Source: Tubiluchus corallicola (lineage: Eukaryota > Animalia > Priapulida). Taken from it: a stretch of 64,000 nt of DNA. The DNA lies in NCBI GenBank assembly GCA_030141605.1, contig JAQGDQ010000067.1, positions 620,001-684,000 on the forward strand, in the 5' to 3' direction. Position numbers and translations under genes: made by a program. Below are positions 39,038-50,800 of the stretch, piece after piece; position 1 is the stretch's first letter; each line of letters begins with the position of its first letter. The notes below the pieces were generated by a model, which ran no database searches, was not told where the DNA came from, and was given only the letters and a program-made list of their open reading frames with translations.

Positions 39038-39191
39038 TTTGTTTACAATACATTGACACGAGCACCTTGCACAGACGCCAGCGCCGTTAGGTGGTTACTA
39101 TCTAAACTCTGGCATAAGTAAACTGCACTACGTACCGATGGTACCGGCGTGTAGCTAGGCAGTACATTAACACTTCGTTTCATCTGTAATC
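39038..39191. promoter_or_regulatory. Compact bidirectional promoter region between C16orf89-like and CZIB
   Basis: Divergent start codons at 39037 (-) and 39192 (+) are separated by 154 bp, which is CpG-richer than the surrounding introns. TSS positions are not determinable. Confidence 0.7.
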
Positions 39192-42100
39192 ATGGTGGTA
39201 ATGACAGTGATGATAAATCTTTGGGTGGTTGAATATTGATCATTTTATGGTTTAAATAGGTTGACACGTGCTAGCATTTCAGTGGTCTTTTAATTTACAG
39301 AATTGTATAACTACCTATTAACCTCATGAAATTATGAAAACAATTTAACATGGACCATTAGAGATAGCGGGAAAGTATTAGTACAGTTATAATTATTTTA
39401 ATTGCAAATTCAGTTTAGAGGCATCTGAATTAATTAAATTTACTAATGTTTTTAAGACTAAAATGACAAACTGTGCTACTGGTGAAAGGGATGCAACAGC
39501 AGCTAATAAGAAGTACACTCGGGAGTCACGGTGGCTTGGTGACTAAAGACTGCTTAGATAAATATAGTAATATTTTTTCCTTAAGCGGGTTAAGCAGTGA
39601 AGTAAAACTAGTTTGCATGCACGTACTAGAATAAACAAAAATAACAAAGCATCTAGAAATACCTTATCCAAAGAAATAAGGACCTAGATGGTAACTATCT
39701 GTAAATGGTCGTCTCTCATATGCCTTTTGAAACTGTCAACTGATGGTTGATGATGAAAGATGATTCCATGGTTGAACTACGCGATGCCCAGAGAAGTGTG
39801 ATCTGATATTCATTCTAGCTGGTTGCATAAATAACTTAGACTCATGACCACGAAGAACTCTCTGAGGCCTGGAAAGAAGTCTGACTCTGTCAGAACACTA
39901 TTTCCACTAATTATTTTGAAGCATTTCACAAGGTCTACAGTCTCATGCCTTTGCTCAAGAGTAGAAATGGAAGTGGGATCCAAATCAATAGCAAGACGAG
40001 TACATCTGTCCTGAGTTCTTTCAAGAGCGTTCTTGAGAGTAACATACTGGGGTGACCATACTACCGACTCATATTCCAGAATGGACGAACAGCAGCTTTG
40101 TAGAGTGGAATAATTACTGCTGCATTTCTCGATATCACACAGCACTTAATACGACAGTTTGCTTTTGCAATGATACGGTTCACATGGGAATTCCATTTGA
40201 GGTCATTAGAAATCATTACTGCCTAGTCTCTAATACAACTTTTTTCAGCTTTTATTTAGAAAGTAAGGTATAAGGCATATTTTAAGTACAGCACATTTAC
40301 TGGGTTTAAGGGTCATCAACCATTTACCGCACCAGTCTAAAATTTCATACAAGTCGTGTTGTAAAATATAACGATCAAGGTCGTCCAAAATTGGATGAAA
40401 GGGCTTTAAATCATCATTAATAATGGGATGCTATTCCCTGGAATAATACAATCAGTAATATCATTAATAGAAATAATGAAGCAGTATGGACCACTCAAGG
40501 TTCTTTGAGGGATACCACTTATAATGGGGCGCCATTCAGTGGGTATACCATTAAGAACAACACATTGGAAACGATGGGTAAGAAAGTAACTGAACTACTT
40601 AAGCAGCTTACCTTTTATGTGAAAATATTCAATCTTAAGTAAGAGACGTTGGTGGGGGACAGAATCCAATGCCTTTTTGAAATCAAGATAAGATACATCA
40701 ATATCAGGCAAAGTAGGGTCATCAAAGAAGCTAGTCCACTGATTTAAACACATAGATTACATGGATTAAACACATGATTTAAACACATTAGACAATAAAT
40801 TAGAGATGACTGAACATAGAGTAAGAGAACCATATTGGGACAAATAGTTTACATACCATTCAGTTTGAATAAGAAAGGTTAGAGTACCGTCCCACAACAT
40901 GGATTCAAAGCTTTTGACAACTACTGATGACAAAGATATGGGGCGAAGATATTAACACGAAGGACACGCATTTGACTGTTTAGTGGCTGGGGTTAACATT
41001 ACAGTTAAGCCGGCATTGGGGGAGGACTCGAAAATTAAGAGATTTACGAAACAAAAGGAAAAGAGGGAGAGCAAACTGAAGAACACAGAATTTCCAAATA
41101 AACCACAAACTTCATCGGGAGCTGTAGCCTTAAATGGTGTTAAGTTAAAGGTTATAAGGTTATACCCAAAAATTTCTCTGATAGGAAACTAATTTACTAA
41201 ACTTACTAAACAAAGTAATAAAATGGAGATGGAGCATGATGATGTAATAATACAGGTTAGAAAGAGCAGTGTGTGATTTTGGAGTGGAGATGCGGAGCAA
41301 AGTGGAGATGAAGTGTGCAGTAAATGTGTGAAAAGAGTAGAGATTGGCAAAGATGGAATGTACTGTTTCTGGTACAAGAAATGGTTGCACAGGGAGTGTA
41401 TTTTCTAAGTGTTATAAATGACACTTTGCACTGCTTTTGTGGTTAGTGCAAAGAAGAAGTGGAGAAGTTAAAGGAAGGCGTAGGAATGCAAAGCTGTTAA
41501 ATGAAGTACAATTTGAAAACCTTGAATAAGAAATGAGATGCAAAGTAAGAGAGAAGTAGATAAATTAAAAGGTGACTTAGAGAAAATGAGACAAGAGGTG
41601 AACAGAAAATGGATCAATTGGCTGAGTTTGACTTAAAGAGGAAGAAATATGAAAAGTGAAATAAAGAAGTTGAAAGAAGAAGCAGTGCAATTCAGAAAAC
41701 AACTAAAAAAATTGATAAGTGAGGCAGCGGAAAATAGAACTGCAATAAATAGCCTAAATAGGCACATAAGTGACCTACAAAAGATAAATGAAGAGTTAAG
41801 AAAATGGGTATGGGTAGAACAAAATTAGAAGTCAAGGAACATAAAGAATCCAGTAAGAAGGAAGATGATTGCGGAAAAGAAGTACAGAATCAAAGTGAGG
41901 ATGCAGAGTCTGATAAGCCACTATGGAGATATATTGGCAACAATGTGTGGTACAAATTTGAAAGTAGATGCAAGTTTAGACATTACAAAAGCAAGAAGGA
42001 GTGTCATAAACTCAGTGAAAGTTAATATAGGGACAGACAAGGAGAATGTGAAAAAAAGTTGTTCCTTTTTGGAAGCAATACATATTGCAAATTTGAAAGT

Positions 42101-44779
42101 AAGAGGAGATTTATACATTACCTAAAACTGGGGGAAGATAAGGAAAAAACAAACCCGTGCTTCAATTGTTGTAAGTATGATGGTAAATGCAATTATGGTA
42201 TTAGGTGCAGGTATAGACATTCTTTAATGATGATAAAAAAGATACCTAAAAACACAAGAATGAGAAGGACAGCAGACAATCCAAGAAGCAAATAAAAATA
42301 AACAAAAGACACAAATGAAAGCCTAGTTGAGCAGATTTTTTTTAATGAGGGAAATCAGTGCAATAAAAGAAAAAATGTGGAATTAGGAAAAAAGTAAAAG
42401 TGAAAAGATCTCAGAAAAAGGAAAAAAAGATCTAAAAATTTTAATGTAGTGTATTCAAATTGCCGAGGACTTAATAATACGTTAGAATCATTGCATGGAG
42501 TGATAAAGGAAAAAACCTGGTATTATAGAATCGTTGAAACCCATTTGGGGGAAGAAGAATTAGCGAAAATTGAGGGTTATAAAGTATCCAACTAAATAGA
42601 AATAAATATGGAGGGGTATATTATTGACAATTAACAATGTCTTGAAAAATGTATTAATAAAGGCTAACCAGTAGGGACATATTATCAAAACTAATAATGA
42701 TGAAATAGCTTGGGCAGGAAAAATGTTACTAAATTTGGTTAAAAAACAGAATCTAATAATACTAAATGCAACTGAACAATGCTCAAAAAGATGGACTAGA
42801 GAAGAAGCAGGGAAAAATTGTTATTGATTATATTATGATATTATATTATAAGTGCAAATGATATAAATTTACACTTGTTGACAAACAAAACTGTATGGAA
42901 TGTACAGAGTGACTGGTAGTGGTAAGAGAAAAATCATATGCACAGACCACAATACATTTCATAGTGAATTTTATTAGGTTGAGATTAGCAAAGCAAAAAT
43001 AGATACAAGTGGTGAGACAAAAAAGTTAGTAGTGTCTAATAAAAGTAAAATGAATCGATACAAAAGTGAAACTGATGATCAAAGATTTAGCAAAGTTTGG
43101 AACAGTAACATGCAAATTCAGAGCAAATACGGTGTGTGGATTTATCAAGTTTCGGCAGTAAGAGACAGGTGTCTTTCAGTAAAAGGAAAAAAGAAACAAT
43201 AATATAGAAGTAAACTGTCAAGGAAGTTAGATAAAGAAAGACACAAGTTGTAAAGTCGCTATCATTAACGATGTCTGATGGCAAACTATTACCTTATCTA
43301 TTACCCTATTTGTAAAGAGTATTTAAAAATATCAATAGACAATTATTTTGTGCAGTTTGTAGCTGTTGCTCCTTAAATTGAGGCTAGATGTATATGTGAA
43401 AAAAATCGTTAAAGCTGAAATCTGTAAAGTGCATGAGAAATTTTGAACACCATTTTCATATAAGAAATGAAACCTCTGGTTTTCGAAAGGCTGTAGTTTC
43501 TCGTCATGAAGTTTACTAATATAATTAATGTAGGGTTACCCACATTTTGCATATAACTGCCAAGTATCATTTCACACAACTCGATTTTATCAGTAACAGT
43601 AACACAGGGGTGCAGTATTCCAGCAAAGGTTAAACAAATGACTTTTACAATGTTAAAAGAGCGTTAATGGTTTTTGTAACAACGTAACGAAAATGTCGTA
43701 TTTGAAGCTTTAGTAAGTTGGTCAGAACAATAAATTTAACAACACCTAAATTTCTACAATTATAATTTATTGTAGAGACTTACAAAAAACTGTTGTTAAG
43801 TTATAGGCTCCATACATACCGATTATCTATAGAATATGACATCAAAAGTGTTAATTAAGAATTAAGACACTTTAATTAATACTCATATTTTTGTTATAGA
43901 GCATATTATCTGCTAAATTGCATTTATGATTTTGACAAGTGTTTACTTTTTTACTTTTTTTTAGAAAATTGGATTGCAAGTTAAAGCTAATTTAGAGAAC
44001 GTAACTGACCTTACCCCTGACGGAGACGATTTCCGATGGTATCTAAAGGTAACAATAACCGTTTACTGACCTATGACTGAGAAACTGAAGTTTAGCAAGA
44101 AAAAAATCATCAGCACCCACTTGAATAGAGACATAATTTATTTGAGTTTATGATTTTCATCATAATTAAAGTTAGATTCTCTCATAATCAATCTATTTCA
44201 CAGACAGAAACTATATTGTAGCAAATCATGACTTTTCATATTACGCTTATATTTTTTAGCTGAAATGTCTCAATTGTGGTGAAATTGCGGACAAATGGCA
44301 GTATCTGTGTTTATTGGTAAGACCATTTAGAAGTTTTTCATGTATTTGTATACACAGTGACTGAGAAAATGAGTTTTAATCAAGAAAGAAAACGCCAGCA
44401 TTTGCGTAACAAAGTGACATGATTTATTTCAATTGTCCTAATGTTTCAACATTAAATCATGGGCATGGGACGCCTGGGCACGAGACATTTGGGATGGGGA
44501 CACATGCGTATGAGTATATTTGGGGGGTTTCTGGGTACCAATAAAATTTAATCTTGTGCCTAATTTTTTTTTTGTATATTAATTTTTTAATGATTTTCTA
44601 TAATTTCCTAACTTTCACAATATTTTTTCAAGAAGCATTGCTTCAATAAATTAAACATATATACACATACATACACATATACATACATACATACATACAT
44701 ACATACATACATACATACATACATACATACATACATACATACATACATACATACATACATACATACATACATACATACA

Positions 44780-44814
<35 letters not shown>

Positions 44815-47800
44815 GCAGTAACATATGCTATAGCAATTCAGACTAGTTATTTGACTTTGCACTTTTTGGTTTTTCATATTAACTCAGTATTTTATGTGTA
44901 ATTTTTAAAATAAATGAAACAGAAACCTCAAGTTTACATTAGCATTTTATTCAAGTATGACAGTATTTTATTTAAGAAATATCTAGTTCATCACAAAAAC
45001 AGTAAATAACAGGAATGTGCACCAAAAAAAACCATTTACACCACACCAAAGTTAGCATCAGTAAAATTAGTTCAGCAGTTTACCTTACCTTAGACCTTAG
45101 TCCTGCCCGTGCACGGATGCACATTGGGCAGACAGCATTTTCCACTGGGTTCTATCGGCGGCTTCTGTTTCGATGTTCTCCCAACGTCTGTTCATAGCCC
45201 GAAGGTCTTCTTTGAAAGATCTGCACCACATTGTTTTTAGCAAACCTCTTTTCCTTTTTCCACCAGGTGGTTCCCAGCGTAACACTATTTTGGAGTGGCA
45301 TTGTTCTGGTAGGCGTAGAATATGTCCAGCCAATTTCAGCCTTCTCTCTGCGACTATTTCCTGCAATCGCCTTGACTGCGCCTGCTGTAGGACTTCCACA
45401 TTGGTAACATGGTCGTGATAGGATATTTTTAGGATTTTCCGAAGACATTTATGGTGGAAGACACTTTCTTTGATATCGCTGCTGTGACTTTCCAGGTTTC
45501 GCTGGCATAAAGAGTCGTTGGCAGCACAATGGTGTTGTACAAACGAAGCTTGATTTTCTTGTCAATTTTCTTGTTTGCCCAGATTTTTCCCATCTTCCTA
45601 AATACTGCTGCTGCTTTGCCAGTTCTCACCCTGACGTCGCTTTCTGCACCTCCATCACAACTCATCACACTGCCAAGATATGAAAAGCTGGCAACGTTCT
45701 CCATCAGTCGACCTCCCACTGATATTTGTGCATCATTTTGCTGGTTTGTCCACACTGTCAAAACTTTGGTCTTTTCATGACTTATTCTCAGTCCAATTTT
45801 TCCTGCTACTTCTGCCAGACTTGTGGTCAATTGTTGCAGGCCTTCTTTTGATGTTTCCAGAAGTGCTATATCGTCAGCAAAGTCCAGGTCTGCCAATCGT
45901 TGTTGTTGCTGTTGTTGCTGCCATTGAATTCCCAGGTCTTTTCCATCAACTGCTTTGTTCATGATGAAATCAATCGCCAATAGGAACAGGAATGGTGACA
46001 TAATGCAGCCCTGCCTTACTCCAGTTTCGATGGTGTAATATTCTGTGTTACCCTCTTGCATTTTTATGCAACAACCGCTGTTTTGGTAAAAATTCTGGAT
46101 GATTGATATGAATTTCTGTGGGATGCCATAAAGTGAGGTAATTTTTATAGAGAGACTACCTGTGAACAGAATCAAACGCCTTCTTGAAATCAATAAAATT
46201 GATTAAAAAAGGCTGTTGAAACTCCATACATTGCTCAATGATGTTTCTAAGAGTGAAAATCTGTTCGCAGCATGATCTTCCTTTTCTAAATCCAGCTTGT
46301 TGTTCTCTTAGTCTTGCATCAGCAGCACCCCTCAACCGATTCAATAGCACAATACTCAGGACTTTTCCAGGTATTGACAGCAGAGTTATTCCTCTCCAAT
46401 TATTGCAGTCTGCCAGGTTCCCCTTTTTGGGCAACTTCACAATGACTCCATTCCTCCAATCTTCGGGAACCTGTTGTTGTTCCCAGCAGCTGTTCAGGAG
46501 CTTTGTCATTGACTGCACTATCCCCTTACTACCATGTTTCAAGAGCTCAGCCATTATTTGGTCCTCTCCAGCTGTTTTGTTGTTCTTCAGCTTTTTGATG
46601 GCAGTTTCAACTTCCAGTTCGCTGATGTTGTCCATTCTTACATCTAGCTGTTGTTGTCTAGTTTCATTCTCAAAGTTGAATAATGTTGTTAGCTGATTAA
46701 GAACTTCCTTGAAGTGTGAGCTCTGCTGTTCTGTTGTTGTGAGCACCACACCATTTTTGTCCTTGATTGGGACAGCTGGGGTGCCTCCTGTTCCAGTCAG
46801 ATCTTTGACAATACTGTAGAGAGTTTGGTATCATTTTGACTGGCTGCTAACTGTGCTTCTTCACCCTTCTTTTCAAACCATTCTTTCTTGTCCCTTCTGC
46901 AACTTCTTTTCACTGCTCTATCTGCCAGTTAGTACTGCTCATTGGCTTGGCTCTTGCTTTCTAGTGTTTTTGCTTGGTCTCTCACTTGTAAGTAAGTAAG
47001 TAAGTTTATTAGTTTATCAGCATTTTTAGAATAGCAAAATACATAACTAACAGATTTGTAAATCTATACAACATACAATAATATTACAAAGTACAAAGTA
47101 ATTATTAATTAGTGGTGAAAGGGTAGAGAAAGAACTATAAGTTATCGAGGTCAGCCACCCTCTCAGGATTGTTACTAATATAATTAATTAGTTAATGCGC
47201 ATGTATCAGGTAATTAAAAATTATCAGATTTTGCATTTAAGATGAATGAAAATTGAACGTTATACGAATGTGTTAGTTTATAATAAAATAATGTTCAATA
47301 ATGGGAAAGAAGAGAAGAGAATAATAATTTAACCATTACGTATTTAAAATTAATGTTATGAGGACCTAGAGCCAAAGGAAGAAGAAAAAATAATAATTTT
47401 CCGCTTGTAGCTAGCAAAAGTGGATAAACATGTGTGTTTAGTTATGAAAAAAAAGAGTTGAAAGAAAAGTATCTTAAAATTCTCTAGGATTAGCATTCAT
47501 TATTGCATAATATTAAAGTCTAAAGATATACAAAAGGTGTACCTTACCTCCATAACATGCATTTAAGCTGCTATGCTTACTGTAGAATTTGTACAGCGTG
47601 ACGCAAATTATCTGTATATATATAAATGAGGCATTATAATAACCAGATTCACAATGAATTGCTCATTAGTATTTAACTAGCCAAACCCCACAAAAAGAAT
47701 TTTGTGCACTAATCAACACACAACCCACACCACACCACTCCACCTCATCACACCACACTGCACCACACCATACCACTCCACCTCATCGCACCACACTGCA

Positions 47801-50800
47801 CCACACAATACCACCACACCGCACCGCACCACACCATACCACCTACACACCACACTACACACACCATACCACTACACCACATCACACCACACTGCACCAC
47901 ACCATACCACTGCACCACCCACACACCACACCACACCACCCACACCATAATACTCCACCACATCACACCGCACAGCACCACACCATAACACCACACCACC
48001 CACCCACCTACACACCACACCATACCACTCCACCACATCACACCACACCGCACCACACCATACCACTGCAGCACACTGCACCACACACCACACCACCCAC
48101 ACCATACGACTCCACCACATCACACCACACTGCACCACACCATACCACCGCACCGCACCACCCACACACCACACCACACCACCCACACCATAATACTCCA
48201 CCACATCACACCGCACTGCACCACAACACCCACCCACCCACACACCACGCCACCCACTCCATACCACACTACCCACACCACACCCCACACACCCTATCAC
48301 CCCACCACACCATCCATAGCACAACACACAAAGCACACCACCACCACACCACATCAAATCCACCACCTCACGTGGTGATCATGATGTTGATGATGATGAT
48401 GATGGTGGTGGCAACGATGACGACACCTATAGCACAAGCACCAACAGCACAGCATTACAACAAAACCATTCCAAACATTTTTCACAAAGTTGAAACTATG
48501 TGCTATAATATAATAAATAGCAAAGGTCCCGCAAAAGATTTTGCGTATAAATACACGTGTAATCAATAATACGCGAACTTCCTACCTAGTCCTCATTTAT
48601 TTTGCGTAACTAACGCAAACCCGTAGCAGGCAGCTTTTTGCTGAATTAAAGTTATAAGATTACAGCAGAGTACAATGGATGACGTCACAACAATAGCTTT
48701 GCGTCAGCAGTTTTCTAAGTGAAAATTGCCGAAAATAGAACTCCTAATTAACTCGTTGATACTCCTCTCGGTGGACCTGCCCTAAAATATAACCCACATC
48801 ATCGTGTAGCCCCGTTCTTCCTCTTTCTGATGAGCCATATATCTCCTTCCGAGAGTCCCACCAGGCGACGCTAGAACGTTTTTTCCGCAGGCTGTTTGGT
48901 CAAAATTTCGAAAAAATCGCGAGTTGGCTCCGGAAAAACGCCCGTTGCGGGGCGCCGTGGTCCTCTCGCGAATTCTAAATATGCCTACTACACCCACCGC
49001 TGAACGGGCTATCTATCCATACCCAGTACCCCCCTCGGCCCGTTCCCGTTCTCTACATCTCAGCCGTATAACTTTTGCAAAAAACGGCCGAAAAAGGGCC
49101 ATTTTTGGAGGTTTTTCGCCTCCCGTTCCTCCCGGTGGGCCCCATTCGAAAAATAAACCCCCAATGAGACGACACTAGATCGAGACCTTTCGTTTGATAT
49201 ATAGATCGCCGCAAATGGTGCCCTCGTCTGGGCTGTAGCCTCGAATCTTATATATATATTAAGATACCAAGAATATTAATACAAGAGTATATATTTATAT
49301 AGTATTTAGTGGTGACGGTAACATCAGTTGAAATTATTAGTGAATTAAATTTACACATAATTGAAAAACTTATTAGGAATAACAGATTTAGCTCAACTAC
49401 AAGGATTTCAACTTAAATGGAAGTAAGGAAAATAGTAGTCTTTTTTTTTCCTTCCACTGCTTGATCTTCTTTCTTTCATCTATTAATTCCCAAGTTTTTT
49501 CCTGTATCCACATTTCTTTCCTATTACCCCTTTTTCTGCCAAGCTGTTCATCTGCCACTGTTGTTACAGCTTCCTTGAATATTTTCCATTGTTCTTCACT
49601 ATTGCTGGCTTGCAGTAGTGGTTCAAATCTGTTGCTAAGTGCAAGTTCATACCTCCTTGCTTCTTGTTGATCTTTCAATTTTTCAACTGCAAAAGGTTTG
49701 GCGATTTTTGGCTTCTGTATCTTTTTCAGTTTCAGCTGGACTTTTCCTTGAACTAAGTGATGATCAGAACCCACATCAGCTCCACGGCACACTTTCACAT
49801 CATTCAGTGCTGATCTCCATATCTTGCTGATACAGATGTAGTCGATTTCATTCTGGGTATTCCCATCTGGTGATCTCCATATCTTCTTGTGGATGGTCTT
49901 GTGGGCAAAATAGGTGTTTCCAATGCACAGTCCATTTAGATTGCACAACATCAGGAAACGCTCACCATTGTTGTTTGTTACTTGAGCTGATCTATGTGGC
50001 CAGTCCGTGTCTGCTTACATGCTCCAGTCCGTGTCTATTGCTGTCAATCTGTGCATTCATGTCACCCATGAAGAGAATGATGTCATGGCTGGGGATGTCA
50101 TTCAGCACATCTTGGCATTGTTTAAATGCAAACAATAGTTGTTTTCACATGCCTTGATTGCATTCTGGCAGTTATTATCCTCTCACTGACTGTGTTCCAT
50201 CCTATCAATGTTTTTGCTGCCTCTCTGGTGATCCTCCTCTGGTCCTGAATACAGAAAGGTTGTTTATCCACTCTTGATATTTCCACTTCCTGTTCATCTC
50301 ACTTCCGTGAGACCCAAGATATCGAGCTGGTAGTTGTTAAATTCCCGTTCACCTGGGCGATTTTTCCTGTTTGAAACATTGTTCTTATGTTCCAGGTGCC
50401 AATTTTTGTCAGCTTTGTGGCACTCAGTATCGAGTTCTTCATACTGGGCTTCCTCTCGGCTTTGACCCAGCATCGTCATAACATGGGTCGAACTTTCTGC
50501 CTTGTGCCGATTGCCAGTAGATTTGTTTCTGTCCGTTTCTGTAGCAATCGAAAGTTTTTACAGGGTAGGGGTGCTAACCCTACGCCAAACCCTCCTCCTC
50601 TCTCAACCGGGCTTGGGACCGGCTATGGCGGAGTCAACAGTTTAACTAGTATTATATCACTCTATTGTATTCCTTGAATGCTTAACTTGCTTTATAGAAG
50701 AAGTTGGTCTAGAGTGCATTGTTTAGTTCATTAATTGCTTATATTAGCTGTTCATTCAAAAACAACTATCTATATCAATTAGTAAGCCATTAAATAATGT

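Larger units (their letters stand above)
46989..49454 (-). mobile_element. Degenerate 5'-truncated LINE 3' end nested in the RTE
   Basis: Minus strand ends aataaac(ttac)4 at 46989-47010. RTE coding sequence stops at ...KKIKQ and resumes QVRDQAK on the other side, with a short cacttg/cactg duplication. Confidence 0.55.
45082..50634 (-). mobile_element. Near full-length RTE-clade non-LTR retrotransposon (disrupted), antisense in CZIB intron 3
   Basis: Endonuclease (LDILGLTEVR, NEIDYI, GSDHHLV) and RT (KKGNLADCNNWRGITLLS, QAGFRKGRSC, FIDFKKAFDSVHR, GVRQGCIMSPFLF, DFADDIALL). 3' (TAAGG)-like tail at 45082-45100. TSD-like tcagcagttta (45072-45082) / tcaacagttta (50634-50644). Split by an insertion at ~46989-49454. 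Confidence 0.92.

Noticed and set aside
45173-46696. Plus-strand ORFs overlapping the RTE
   Set aside because: Antisense shadows of the RT coding sequence.
47702-48569. W/C/G/V-rich and H/T/P-rich ORFs
   Set aside because: Translation of the CACCA array inside the Helitron.
50520-50634. HDV-like ribozyme at the RTE 5' end
   Set aside because: The sequence fits the twister consensus; I could not build the HDV nested double pseudoknot.
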